Origin: a virus
Lineage: Duplodnaviria > Caudoviricetes
DNA length: 48,665 nucleotides
Reading direction: 5' to 3' (one strand)
Virus record (IMG/VR): IMGVR_UViG_3300012913_000003
Location: 1-48,665 of that record
In this document: positions 35,157 through 46,104 of the stretch, piece by piece
How the letters are laid out: each line of letters begins with the position of its first letter
Numbering within the stretch: position 1 is the first letter of the stretch
The notes under the pieces: model-generated
What the model saw: only the letters and a program-made list of their open reading frames with translations
What the model was told of the DNA's origin: nothing
Database searches by the model: none
Made by a program: the position numbers and the translations under genes

Positions 35157-36068
35157 ATGAACGATCCGAGCGTACGCAAGGACAAGAGCGGGGACCAGCT
35201 CGCGCCCGGTGACTGGCTCGCCCCGGGCGAGCTGCTCGACCGGTTTGCCGAGGTGCTGTTCGCGCTGCCGTACCCGGGCAACGGCGGCACGCACGTCCAC
35301 CTGGTCGCCCGGGCGCTGTCCGCAGTCACGCCGTACTCCGACGTCGTAGGCGGGAACACGCTGTTCAAGCTGGCGTCGGAGGCGGACCTGGCCGAGTGGC
35401 GCGAGGCAGCGAAGCGCGCCCAGAAGATCGCCGACATCCGGACCTACGCGGACTGGCTGGAGGCCAACCCCAGCGAGCCGCTCGGCTACGGATTCGGCGG
35501 CCAGGCCGACGTCCCCGGCGAGAACACGGCCGAGGCCGTGGCCAAGGTGCGTGAGTTCGCTGCGCGGTACGGCGCCGATGTTCGCGAGTTGGACGCCTGC
35601 ACGTCGGCACGCCTGCACTTCGGCTCCGTCGAGCACGTGGTGATCGCCTGGCACCGCGAGGGCCGCCCGACCGAGTCCGCGCCGGAGCCGGCCGAGCACC
35701 AGGAGGTGCGCGGCTGGAAGGGCGACGTGGTCGACGGCTACGGCGTGGAGTGCGCCTGCGGCGTGACCTACAACGGCTTCGACACCCCGGCCGAGGCCTC
35801 GAAGTTCCTGGCGCAGCACATCGCCGACCCGACGGGCCAGGACTACGGCCGCAACGACACCGCCGAGGCCGACGACCCGACGCCGGTCTCCCCGGCCCGG
35901 GTGCCGCTGCACACCGGCGAGATGGTCGGGACCGCCCGCGACGCCCGCCTGGTCGACGCCGACGCGCCGGAGGGCCGGGTGATCGGCCGGGCCGCGGTCG
36001 AGTCCGGTGACGAGTCCGGCCCGACGGTCCAGTTCGGCAGCGCCCACTGGCAGGGCGGTGCCCCCTGA
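35157..36068 (+). CDS. Hypothetical protein
   Basis: RBS GAAAGG with ATG at 35157. Confidence 0.65.
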   Translation: MNDPSVRKDKSGDQLAPGDWLAPGELLDRFAEVLFALPYPGNGGTHVHLVARALSAVTPYSDVVGGNTLFKLASEADLAEWREAAKRAQKIADIRTYADWLEANPSEPLGYGFGGQADVPGENTAEAVAKVREFAARYGADVRELDACTSARLHFGSVEHVVIAWHREGRPTESAPEPAEHQEVRGWKGDVVDGYGVECACGVTYNGFDTPAEASKFLAQHIADPTGQDYGRNDTAEADDPTPVSPARVPLHTGEMVGTARDARLVDADAPEGRVIGRAAVESGDESGPTVQFGSAHWQGGAP

Positions 36069-36316
36069 TGGCCGCCGACGACCCGTGCCGCGCCGGCTAC
36101 CTGGCGATCGCGACCGCGTTCTTCCGCAACGGCCCCGTCGAGCTGGACGAGCTGGCCTGCCCGCATCCGGCCGAGACGATCGCCACGGTGCGCGAGGTGT
36201 GGCCGGGCCTTGAGGCCGAGCTGCACGCGGCTCTGTGCCGGGGTCACGACCAGGCGTTGCAGGCGGCTGACGGCTACGTGAAGTCGATCCCGATCCGTCG
36301 CCGCGTCGCCACCTGA
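36068..36316 (+). CDS. Hypothetical Cys-containing protein
   Basis: TGATG overlap. Confidence 0.55.
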   Translation: MAADDPCRAGYLAIATAFFRNGPVELDELACPHPAETIATVREVWPGLEAELHAALCRGHDQALQAADGYVKSIPIRRRVAT

Positions 36317-36420
36317 GCTTCCGGCGCGGCGGCCCCCGTTCTACGTCGCGCCGGTTGGCCGGGCTCCCCAGGGCCCGGCAGGCCCGGGTCGTGGCCGCTA
36401 CTGCGGCCCGGGCCACCCGA

Positions 36421-36453
36421 ACTTCGCACCAACTTCGCACGCCGACTTCGCAC
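36421..36453 (+). repeat. Three direct repeats of ACTTCGCAC
   Basis: Copies at 36421, 36432 and 36445 in the intergenic region. Confidence 0.7.
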
Positions 36454-36467
36454 GAGGGACATAAGCC

Positions 36468-37043
36468 ATGAGCCACTTTTCGGTACTGATCTGCCTCCCC
36501 GGAAGCACACCGCTCGAAAAGCTCGACGACGAGATCGCCCGGCGCATGGAGCGCTGGGACGAGAACCGCGACGTCGAGTCCTACCGCGACTACGAGGAGG
36601 GCGGGGCCGAGGACTACTGGTGGGTCAGCTCCGTCCGCCGTGGCGCGAAGGAGGTCACCCCCATCGCCACGCCGTGGCCCGACTTCGTGAGCCTCGCGCA
36701 GCTCGGCGACATCACGTGGGACGAGGCTCGTCGCCGCTACCGCGAGCAGCCCCGGATCGCGGCCGCGATGAAGCTCGACGAGCTGGCCTGGGGTGACTGC
36801 CCGGTCGTGCGGTTCATGTCCGGCCGCGAGGAGTACGTGGCCGAGGCCCGTAAGGGCGCGGTGCCCGGGTTCGCGCTGGTGACGCTCGACGAGGAGTGGA
36901 TCGCCCCCGGCCGCATGGGCTGGTTCGGCATGAGCAGCGACGGACCCGGCGAGCGCTCCGGCTACAACTCCGCCGTCAACGCCTACCTCGCGGACAAGCT
37001 CGCCGCCGACGACTTCGTGATCGCACTCGACTGCCACATCTGA
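36468..37043 (+). CDS. Hypothetical protein
   Basis: MSHFSVLI...W..PGRMGWFG...LDCHI; flanked by a 15-bp direct repeat. Confidence 0.7.
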   Translation: MSHFSVLICLPGSTPLEKLDDEIARRMERWDENRDVESYRDYEEGGAEDYWWVSSVRRGAKEVTPIATPWPDFVSLAQLGDITWDEARRRYREQPRIAAAMKLDELAWGDCPVVRFMSGREEYVAEARKGAVPGFALVTLDEEWIAPGRMGWFGMSSDGPGERSGYNSAVNAYLADKLAADDFVIALDCHI

Positions 37044-37059
37044 TCGAAGGACATAAGCC

Positions 37060-37473
37060 ATGACCGACGTTCTGCCTCCCCGCGAGCAGCTCACCCAGCC
37101 GATCGCCCACCGGTGGCTCACCACCAGCACCATCTATGACCCGAACAAGACCGCGATCCTCCGCCCCGACGAGACGCTGATCCTGAACGTCGCCGGTCCG
37201 GACACCTCCGGCGAGATCGTGCCGCTGATGCGCATGCTCCAGGACCCGCCGACCGGCACGCCCCCGCCGCTGCCCGTGCCGCCGGCCCCGGAGGTCGAGG
37301 CGTGGATGCGGCCCGGCCGCACGGTCGAGTACTTCCAGGACGGGCCGCCCGGTCACCGCGGCCTGCACCGCAAGCCGCCGTGGCCACGCTGGGCGGATCA
37401 GCTCATCGGCGCCGGGTGGGCGACGGTGGCGTGGTCGCTGCTGGGCCTGGCCATCCTGGCGGTGATCCGGTGA
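37060..37473 (+). CDS. Hypothetical protein with C-terminal TM helix
   Basis: Pro-rich with a hydrophobic C-terminus. Confidence 0.6.
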   Translation: MTDVLPPREQLTQPIAHRWLTTSTIYDPNKTAILRPDETLILNVAGPDTSGEIVPLMRMLQDPPTGTPPPLPVPPAPEVEAWMRPGRTVEYFQDGPPGHRGLHRKPPWPRWADQLIGAGWATVAWSLLGLAILAVIR

Positions 37474-38069
37474 CGCTCGATACCCGCGTTTACGTGATTG
37501 ACGAGATCGACCTGCGCGAGCTGTTCACCAAGTGCCAGTCGCTGCTCACTCCGTACGACGAGGCGCGGCGGACGCCCGACCAGCAGAAGTCCAAGCTCTA
37601 CCCCAAGTCGCTGGACAACGAGCCCATGCAGGATCTTCCCGCCTGGCTCATGGTCCACACCGGCGGCGAGCGGCCCCACCGGACGGCCGAGCAGGCTGCC
37701 GTCCACGACTACTGCAACCATCCGGACTCGCCCGACGCCGAGTACTACGAGGCCGACGCGCCGGTCTGCGTCAAGACCGAGCACGATCCGGTGTGCTGGT
37801 ACGAGATCAGCTGGGACACCGCGTACGGATATCGAGGCCCGGACGGCATGGGCTGCGGCGACCTGCACGCGCGGCTCGTCGCCGAGCTGGGTGCGTGGCT
37901 CGACGCCAGGGGCGTCCGCTGGAAGTGGAAGAACGAGTTCAGCGGCGAGGTGCACGAGGGCTACGAGCGGCTGATCGAGCTGGCTTCCGGTGGCTTTGAG
38001 GCAACGTCCTGGTTCCGGACCATGGTGGTTCCGGCCATCGCCGCGCGGGCCGCTGGCGGTGCGCTGTGA
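37470..38069 (+). CDS. Hypothetical protein
   Basis: GTGA overlap; WDTAYGY...CGDLHARLV...W.W.NEF.GE.H. Confidence 0.65.
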   Translation: MTLDTRVYVIDEIDLRELFTKCQSLLTPYDEARRTPDQQKSKLYPKSLDNEPMQDLPAWLMVHTGGERPHRTAEQAAVHDYCNHPDSPDAEYYEADAPVCVKTEHDPVCWYEISWDTAYGYRGPDGMGCGDLHARLVAELGAWLDARGVRWKWKNEFSGEVHEGYERLIELASGGFEATSWFRTMVVPAIAARAAGGAL

Positions 38070-39050
38070 CCACGGCCGTGTCCGTCACCGTGGTCCTCGA
38101 CCGCGCCCCCGAGCCCGACATCTACGCCCACGTCTGGCGTGACGGCTGGCGCGCCTGCTGGTCCATCACCGCCGGGCGTAACGGCGTCACCCTGACCCAC
38201 GGCACGACCTGGACGCGGGGCGGGGCACTGGTCCAGGCCCACACCGCCGCACAGCACCCGGGCCTCAGCGCCCAGATCAGCCGCCGGGGCGGTCAGTCGT
38301 GAGCCTCGCGATCATCGCCGGGCACGTCGTCGAGCGGCCCAACCGGGAACTCACCGACGCCGACGCCCACCGCATCACCGTCGCCCTCGCCGCCCAGGGC
38401 ATCCACATCGCCCCCGTCGTCGACGTCTACCGCACCGTCCATCTCTGGGCGCAGCAGCCCGTCAGCACCACCGACGAGGTCCGGGCGCTGAAGGCCTACG
38501 CCGACGTCACCGACAGCCGGCTGGCATGGCACGAGGCGGTGGCCAGTGCCTAGCGTCGGTCAGCCCTGCGGCGTCTGCGGCGTCATTCTCGCCTTCGTCC
38601 AAAGCCCCGGCCTGCCGACGGGCGCAACGTTCGGCTCCTGGCAGGGCTGGTTCCACCTGCAGGAGACGAGCTGCAAGCACTTCGCCAACGTCGGCTGGTC
38701 CCAGCTCGTTATCCCCGACAAGCCGCACCGGACGGTGCCCGATGCGTGAGCCGGCCAGCATCATCCGCTGGGCGACCCCGCCGCCGACCAGCCTGCGCGG
38801 CGAACGCACCACGGCTCCGTGGAGCCGCTACAACGACCTCGCCGACGAGCTGCGCGCCCGGCCCGGCGAGTGGGCCGTGATCGCCGAGTTCAACGGACGC
38901 CATACCGGGCTGGCCACGCACGTCCGCATGGGGTCGATCGCCTGCTTCACCCCGGCCGGGGACTTCGACGCCGTGTCGCGCCAGGTCGGCAAGTGCACGG
39001 CCATCTACGCCCGCTACGTCGGCGACAATCAGGAAGAGAGCGGCTTGTGA
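38066..39050 (+). other. Four overlapping small hypothetical genes (38066-38302, 38299-38553, 38546-38749, 38742-39050)
   Basis: Chain of overlapping start and stop codons on the + strand. Confidence 0.55.
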
Positions 39051-39889
39051 GAATCGTCCGCAAGAACACCGCCAAGGGCCACTACTACGTCGACGCCGAC
39101 GCCGGCAACGAGCGGGTGCCCGGCGTGACCACCATCGGCGGCAACGGCCTTCCCAAGCCCGCCCTGCTCAACTGGGCAGGCGAGGCCACCGCCGAATACG
39201 CCGTCGACAACTGGGACGAGCTGGCCAAGCTCCCGCTCACCGAACGCCTGAAGAAGATCAAGGGCGGCCGGTACGAGAAGCGCGACGCCGCCGCCAACAA
39301 GGGCACCGCCGTGCACGCCATGGCCGAGCGCCTGATCGCCGGCGAGAAGGTCACCGTGCCCGACGAGCTGACCGGCTACGTCGACGCCTGCGTCGGCTTC
39401 CTCGACGCCTTCGACGTCCGGGCCGTGCACGTCGAGGCGGTCGTCTACTCCGAGACCAACCGGCACGTCGGCACCTGCGACCTGATCGCCGACGTGCTGC
39501 TGCCGGACATGCCGGAGTACGACCACATCGGCCGCGACGGCGAGGGCTACTCGCGCGGGCTGCTCGACTGGAAGACCAGCAAGTCGGGGATCTTCGGCGA
39601 GGTCGCGCTCCAGCTCGTCGCCTACCGGCACTCCGAGTTCCTCGTCCTCGAGGACGGCGGCGTCATCGACATGCCGACCGTTGACTTCTGCGCGGGCATC
39701 CACCTGCGCCCTGACGGCTACAGCTTCGTGCCGCTCGAGACCGGCGACGACGTGTACCGCGACTTCCTCTACGTCCAGCAGGTGGCCCGGGTCGTCGGCG
39801 GCCTGCGCGACCTGGTTGGCGACCCGATCGTCCCGCCGACCGCCTCGCAGTACGTGCTGGCCAAGGCCACCGAGGAGGTGCCGTTCTGA
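39047..39889 (+). CDS. PD-(D/E)XK exonuclease (RecE/Cas4-like recombination nuclease)
   Basis: VPGVTTI, KPALLNWA, GTAVH, GTCDL, LLDWKT, QLVAY; adjacent to ERF. Confidence 0.8.
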   Translation: MRIVRKNTAKGHYYVDADAGNERVPGVTTIGGNGLPKPALLNWAGEATAEYAVDNWDELAKLPLTERLKKIKGGRYEKRDAAANKGTAVHAMAERLIAGEKVTVPDELTGYVDACVGFLDAFDVRAVHVEAVVYSETNRHVGTCDLIADVLLPDMPEYDHIGRDGEGYSRGLLDWKTSKSGIFGEVALQLVAYRHSEFLVLEDGGVIDMPTVDFCAGIHLRPDGYSFVPLETGDDVYRDFLYVQQVARVVGGLRDLVGDPIVPPTASQYVLAKATEEVPF

Positions 39890-40656
39890 TGGCCATCCCG
39901 AAGAACATCGACGAGGCCCTGCTCATGCTCCAGGCCGACCCGCCCGTGCTGGCCAAGACGAAGGCCGGCCAGGTCGGGAACCAGAAGACGAAGTACGCCG
40001 ACCTCGTGGAGGTCAACAGGGTCGTGCTGACCCAGCTCAACGCCCTCGGCGTGACGTGGGTCTGTCTGCCGACACTGCTGCCGGACAGCGCGACAGGCCC
40101 GGGCAAGTTCGTGCTCCGCTACTCGCTGCTGCACGTCGCGTCGGGCACCGACAAGGCCGGCGACTGGCCGCTCGGCGCGGGCGAGCCCCAGAAGATGGGC
40201 TCGGCCGTCACCTACGCCCGCCGATACGCGCTGCTCGCGGTGACCGGCATCGCCGCTGAGGATGAGGACGACGACGGCGACGCGGCCAGCGGCCGGAACT
40301 ACGCCCAGCGTGGCGCTCAGCGCACCCGCCAGCAGGCACCGGTCGAGCCTGCTGCCGACGGCGGCCGGACCGCCCAGCGTGGCGTTCAGCGTTCGCGCGG
40401 CACTGGACCGGCTCTGCCCGGCGAGGACCCGGCTGGACCGGTCGGTGCCGACCAGCATCGCCACATGCGTGCGCTCTGGAATGAGCAGGGCATGGGTGGC
40501 GAGGAGAACCGGGATGCCCGGCTGGCCGACGTCGCGACGATCCTGGGCTTGCCGAACCTGAACTCCAGCGCCGACCTGACGCGCGGCCAGGGCGACCAGG
40601 TCATCGCCAAGCTGCGCGAGCGCAAGGCCGCCGCAACCTCGGACGCCGACCAGTGA
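39889..40656 (+). CDS. erf: ERF-family single-strand annealing protein
   Basis: KYADL and QKMGSAVTYARRYALLAVTGI...EDEDDDG signature. Confidence 0.9.
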   Translation: MAIPKNIDEALLMLQADPPVLAKTKAGQVGNQKTKYADLVEVNRVVLTQLNALGVTWVCLPTLLPDSATGPGKFVLRYSLLHVASGTDKAGDWPLGAGEPQKMGSAVTYARRYALLAVTGIAAEDEDDDGDAASGRNYAQRGAQRTRQQAPVEPAADGGRTAQRGVQRSRGTGPALPGEDPAGPVGADQHRHMRALWNEQGMGGEENRDARLADVATILGLPNLNSSADLTRGQGDQVIAKLRERKAAATSDADQ

Positions 40657-43600
40657 CCGCCGTCGACGTGGGTGCCGCGAACGGCAGCGTCCCGGTGGAG
40701 CCGACGCGGTGCACCTGCCGTCACCTGGTGTCGCTGCACGTGGTGAACGCCCGGGGGATGCGTGCGGCGTGTTCGAAGCGCGGCCCGAACCCGTGCGACT
40801 GCCGCCTGTTCGTCAAGGCGGGTGCGAGCCGTGGCTGACAACCAGTGGGTGACGGCAACGACTGAGGAGTTCGCCGTCTGGCTTCGCGGTGACCTCGGGC
40901 AGGTGGGCTCCGAGATCCTTATGGAGCCTCAAGCTGAGGACGCGGCGCGCAAGCGGCTGAGCTGGTGGCGCGAGAACCGTCCGGACGTGCAAAGCGTGCT
41001 GCTGGTACGCCAGGTGGTTCGCCGCCCCTGGGCCGTCGCGGTCCGTTCCGGCCAGGCGGTGAGCTGATGCCCGGCTTCATCGGCCGCATCCGGCCCGCCT
41101 TCGTCTCGGCCCCGGTCGAGCCCACCCCCGCCGCCCAGATCGAGGAGATCGACCGGCAGCTGACCGCGCTCACGCTGATCCCCGCCGACGCCCGCACGCC
41201 GGTGCAGCGGTCGAAGCTGGACGTGCTCCTCGACCGCCGCCTGCGCCTGAGCCGAGGCCCGTCGTGAGCAGCCTCTGGTGGTGCTGGACGGAGAACGAGC
41301 CGTCCACCTTCCGCTGCCGTGAGCGCCTCCACGACGTGCGCGAGTTCAGCCCCGGCACGCCGGTCGGCAGCAGCAACTCGACCGTTCAGGAGCAGTCCAC
41401 GTCGGCGCGGCTGCGGGAGGTCCAGGGCGCGCTCGCCGCATCCCAGGCCGACCTCACCCGGGTCGAACGCCAGTACGCCGAGACGCGCGAGGAGCTGCGC
41501 CTGACCCGGCTCCGGCTCGCTGAGGCTGAGACCGAGCTGACCACCCTGCGCGGCGCCGCAGGGCTGTGCCCCGACAAGGAGACAACGTGACCCCCGAAGA
41601 GCACTACCAGCGCGGCCTTGCCCTGCTTGAAGAGGCCGAACGGATCAGCGCCGTCGACCACAGCCGGGCGCAGACGCTGGCCGTCATCGCCACCCCACAC
41701 TTTCAGGCGGCCGTCGCGGGCGTCGGCATGCGGGCGATGGAGATCATGAACAATCCGCTCCAGACGGTCTCCGTCCCGGCGCCGGACGGCACCAATGGCT
41801 AGCGACTACCCGTACGGGCGCAACAAGCTCGACAAGCGGCCCGACCCGCCCCCGCCGCTCACCGAGCCCGACGAGCTGGACCGCACCGCCCGCCAGGTCC
41901 GCCTCGACCACGAGGACGTCACCGTCCACGCGCTGCGCGAGGTCTTCCACGGCGAGACCGGGCCCTGGTACATCACCGAGTGCGAGGACGTCATGTCCAA
42001 GGCCGAGGGCGCGATCCTGACCACGCGCGAGGCCACCTGCGAGGCGTGCCGTGGTTGACATCCATCCGTCCCTGCGCGCCGAGCTGGACCGCGAACTCGC
42101 CTCCGCCGTCGACAGCCTGCTCGGTGAGGCCGCGAAGCACGACGGCAAGGACCTCATCGAGGCCAACGTCGACCTCATGAACGACCTGTTCGTCGGGGGC
42201 CTCAGCCGGGCCCAGCTCGCCGCTGGCGTGGCCGGACTGGCGATCCGTCTACGCCGCTCCGGAGGCAGCCGTGGTTGAGCCGACCTACGTGCCCGCCGAG
42301 GACGACAACCCGCGCCCCAGCCGCCTGCGCACCTGGCTCACCGCCCGCCGCAACCGCCACTGCGGCGTCACGGGGCCGGCCGGGCTGAGCTGCCTGCGCC
42401 GCCCCCACCGCACCGGCATGCACCGGGCCGCAGGCGTCGACTGGGGGCGGGCGTGAACGAGACCAAGTGCCCCACGACCGCGCTCGGCCGCAGCGAGTGC
42501 GCCGAGTTCCTCAAGGCCGAGATGGCCCGCATCGGCGCCGAGGCCGGAGAGACCTGCGAGATCGTCGTCAGCACCGCACCGCCGCTCGTCGCCAGTCCGT
42601 ACGGCGCTAACGGCTACGAGTGCCCGCACGGCGTCACGTACTGGATCGAGCCCACCTCGGAGCAGATCGCCGAGTGGAACCGGAAGGGCGTGCGATGAGC
42701 GACCTACAAACGGCCAGCCGCGACGGCGTCCACCTCGCCGACGAGACCCGCGCCGACGCCGCCCGCTACCTGACCCGCAAGGGCTACGCCGACCTGCTGC
42801 CCATCCTCGGCCTCAGCGACGCGCCGACCCGGGAGCGGCCGCCGTGCCCGTCGTGCGGCAAGCCCCTGCCCGACCCGATCACCAACGGTGGCCGCAAGCC
42901 GTGCCAGCGACGCCGGTGCCCGGCCGGGCCGGTAGCGCGAGGGGTGAAGCGATGATCGGCATCGCGGTCGGCCCGGTCGTCGACCACATCCCGGCCTGGC
43001 GCCGGGAACGCGGTGCGACGACCGGCAACGTCGTCCACCTGCTCGCCACGATGTGGCTCGGCCCGGCCTGCAACAACGGCGTCGACCCGGCCGCCCGGCT
43101 GGTCCCGGGCTGGGAGATCGAGGCGCCGGCGGTCACGTGCGCCGCGTGCCGGGAGCTGCTCGCCGGAGGTGCCCGGTGATCGAGCTGACCGCCGAGATGC
43201 GCGACGCGTACACCGCGGGCACCGGCGAGCCCAACTGGTTCCTGCCCCGCCGCCACAACGAGGGCCTGGCCGCCGTGCTCGCCATCGTCGAGCGGGACTA
43301 CCCGCTGATCAGGCCGTGCCCGAGCGGACCTGCCGGGCGCTGCCTGGCGATCCGGCACAGCCCGGCGAACGCGGGGATCTGCGCGTCCCTGGGCTGCGTC
43401 TATCCGGGAGACGCGTCATGACCGCCAAGCCGCGCCTGACCTCCGCCCACCGCGTCTGCGGCGGCATCTTCACGCCCGACCCGGACGTCCCCGCCGACCA
43501 CAACGGCCTGCGGGTGTGCCGCTGCAACCTGCTCGGCCAGCCCGGCGACGCCCACCACACGCTGCCGCCCCCGGTGCCCGACGTCCAGTCACTCCGGGCC

Positions 43601-43920
43601 GGCGAACGGAGCAAGGAATGAAGGCCAAGCCGTACCGCGTGCTCCCGGTCGATGACGAACAGACGTTGGCGCTTATCCGCTACGACGGGGATCCCGACGT
43701 GTTCACCGCACTGGCCTGGGCCTACCTGGTCGACAACGACATCGACTACTCGATCGAGCCACCAGAGCCGCGCCTGTTCCGGATCAACCCGGACATCACC
43801 GGCGAGTACTCGTGGCTGATGACCGAGGCGACCAAGCGAGGGCGCGGCGTATTCCTCGGCGCGCGCGTGGACCGTGGCGAGTATTTCGAGCCCGAATGGA
43901 TTCGGAAAGGGGCCGCCTGA
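40653..43920 (+). other. Run of about 14 small, translationally coupled hypothetical genes, many with CxxC/Zn-finger motifs
   Basis: ORFs 40653-40838, 40831-41067, 41067-41267, 41264-41590, 41587-41802, 41795-42058, 42051-42278, 42271-42456, 42453-42698, 42695-42955, 42952-43179, 43176-43421, 43418-43621 and 43618-43920, with overlapping stop-start codons. Confidence 0.6.
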
Positions 43921-44249
43921 CTCCCGGCCGTGACCATTCCCGGGCGGCCAGGACCGCATTCCCATTCGCATGGTCCGGCAATTTATACCAATGCACAGGA
44001 TATGAATCAGAGCACAAGGGCAGATGTGATCAACATGGCAGAGGGAAACGGCGCGGCGCTTATTGACAGCCGACGTCGGGTGAGAGAATTGGGTGCCCGG
44101 GAAATGGCGCTTGCGACGCCAGATCCCGGGGCTAAGGCACGTCCCGATTCGACTCAACCGAACGGAAGGAGCCCTGGCCTCATGATGCCATGGCGAAGCC
44201 CTCTGCTGTCCACTGGCCACGCTGCGCGATTCCTCACGGCGGTGGCGTG

Positions 44250-45086
44250 ATGTCGAGAGTCTCCAAGCGCCTACGGTACGAAATCCTCCGCCGCGACGGC
44301 TTCAAGTGCCGGTACTGCGGAGCGGTGGCTGCCGAGACCGAGCTGCGCGTCGACCACGTCGTCCCGACCGCACTTGGCGGATCGAGCGAGCCGTCGAACC
44401 TGGCCACCGCATGCGATCCCTGCAACAGCGGCAAGTCATCTGTGCCGCCGGATGCCCCGGTCGTGGACCAGGTCGCCGACGACGCCCTCCGCTGGGCGGC
44501 CGCGATGGAGCGGGCGGCGGCCGACATGGAGGCGAAGCTCAAGGAGCGTGACGGCCAGAACGCTGTCTTCCTCGACGAGTGGAACAGCTACGCCTCCGGC
44601 GGCCAGCACCTGCCGCTTGATCCGACCTGGAACGCGACGCTGGTCCGACTCCGAACGGCCGGCCTCACCGACCGGCTGATCATTGAGGCGGTGAGCGCGA
44701 CGATGGGCGCGCAGAAGGTGCTGCCGGAGAACCGGTTCCGCTACTTCTGCGGCGTCTCTTGGAACATGATCACCCAGCTCCAGGAGGCTGCCGGAATCAC
44801 AACTGCCGACGGCGGCGACGATGGCGACACGGCCTACTACCCGCACCTAGACCGGTGGGAGGTTGACGAGACTCTTGCGAAGTACGAGTTCCTTATTGAG
44901 CAATTCTTGAAGCGCGTTCCCAGTTGGCTTGCCGGAGCTGCGGAACAGTTGGCCCAGGAGGACTTCGAAAAGGCCGAGGAGTCCGACGCGACGCGTACCG
45001 ACGTTCTCCCGCAAGTTCTGCGCCATGCGGGCGATGTGCTCTCCGAGTGCACCATCGAATACGGCGCGCCGAAGGGTGATTCCTGA
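44250..45086 (+). CDS. HNH endonuclease-domain protein
   Basis: RYEILRRDGFKCRYCG...VDHVVP...GG....NLATACDPCNSGK. Confidence 0.85.
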   Translation: MSRVSKRLRYEILRRDGFKCRYCGAVAAETELRVDHVVPTALGGSSEPSNLATACDPCNSGKSSVPPDAPVVDQVADDALRWAAAMERAAADMEAKLKERDGQNAVFLDEWNSYASGGQHLPLDPTWNATLVRLRTAGLTDRLIIEAVSATMGAQKVLPENRFRYFCGVSWNMITQLQEAAGITTADGGDDGDTAYYPHLDRWEVDETLAKYEFLIEQFLKRVPSWLAGAAEQLAQEDFEKAEESDATRTDVLPQVLRHAGDVLSECTIEYGAPKGDS

Positions 45087-45814
45087 TGCCCAGGATCCGC
45101 ACCATCAAGCCGGGCTTCTTCAAGTCCGACGACGTGTCGGCGCTGCCAATGCGAGCACGCCTCACGTGGGTCGGCCTGTGGACGCAGTGCGACGACCACG
45201 GCCGGTACAAGGACTCCGTCCGGCTGATCAAGGGCGACCTCTGGTCCCTCGACGATGTCTCGCTACGGGAGATCGAAGAGGACCTGAACATCCTCGAACA
45301 AGAGCGGCGACTGGTCCGCTACGAGGTTGACGGGAAGCGCTACCTGGCGGTCGTGAACTGGCATGCCCACCAGGCGATCAACCGTCCCGGCAAGCCGAAG
45401 TTCCCGGCACCTCCGACGCCTCTCGGGTCCAGCGACCCGGACGCCGAGAACTACTGCGACGTCTGCGCCAAGCCCGGCGCCGGGATCCTCACCGATCCCT
45501 CACCCACATCTCACGGAGGGCTCACTGAGCCCTCACGCCAGGAAGGGAAGGGAAAGGAAGGGAAAGGAGGGGACGCGCGTGAGGCCGTGAGTGCAGAAGG
45601 TCCACCACCCCCCAAATGCCCAAGGCACCTTGGCGAAATCAAGCCACCCAACTGCGGACCGTGTGCCGATGCCCGCAAGGCCCGCACGCGATGGGACCTG
45701 GCCGACTCCGAGCGCCGCAGGCTCGCACCGAAATGCACCCGGCACCGTGGCCAACCCGCAGACAACTGCGCGCTCTGCCGCTCAGAAGCTCTTGCCGATG
45801 AGGAGACACCGTGA
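45086..45814 (+). CDS. Replication initiator (lambda O/replisome organiser-like)
   Basis: MPRIRTIKPGFF N-terminus, DDHGR, NWHAHQ.INRP, internal iterons, EGKGKEGKG linker, C-terminal Cys/His fingers. Confidence 0.75.
   Translation: MPRIRTIKPGFFKSDDVSALPMRARLTWVGLWTQCDDHGRYKDSVRLIKGDLWSLDDVSLREIEEDLNILEQERRLVRYEVDGKRYLAVVNWHAHQAINRPGKPKFPAPPTPLGSSDPDAENYCDVCAKPGAGILTDPSPTSHGGLTEPSRQEGKGKEGKGGDAREAVSAEGPPPPKCPRHLGEIKPPNCGPCADARKARTRWDLADSERRRLAPKCTRHRGQPADNCALCRSEALADEETP
45488..45575 (+). repeat. Candidate replication origin: five CTCAC iterons at 11-bp spacing plus a purine-rich tract
   Basis: CTCAC at 45488, 45499, 45510, 45521 and 45532; GGAAG/GGAAA run at 45541-45575. Confidence 0.6.
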
Positions 45815-46104
45815 CCATCGACCTGCGCACCCAGCTCGCCGACTTCGACGCCGCCGCCCGCCGGCTCCTGCCCACCCACGACCCCATCCACCTCGCCCGC
45901 AGCAGCGACCTCGGCCAACTCCTGCGCGACCTGCGCCACCAGCGCGGCCTCAGCCAGCGCGACGTCGCCCGCGCCACCCACATCTCCAAAAGCGGGCTCG
46001 CCGCCCGCGAACAGCGCAGCAGCATGCCCGTCGGCGCGCTCATCGGGCACGCCCAAGCGCTGGGCTACACCGTCGCCCTCATCCCCGCCCGGAGGAACGC
46101 GTGA
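45811..46104 (+). CDS. XRE-family HTH protein
   Basis: LRDLRHQRGLSQRDVARATHISKSGLAARE. Confidence 0.75.
   Translation: MTIDLRTQLADFDAAARRLLPTHDPIHLARSSDLGQLLRDLRHQRGLSQRDVARATHISKSGLAAREQRSSMPVGALIGHAQALGYTVALIPARRNA

Noticed and set aside
39047-39889. Cas4 as part of a CRISPR adaptation module
   Set aside because: It is paired with ERF, the usual phage recombination exonuclease context, and no cas1 or cas2 is present.
45541-45575. GGAAG pentamer run as a second guide array or as a target of the array
   Set aside because: It is short, lacks delimiters and variable dinucleotides, and encodes the EGKG linker common in phage initiators.
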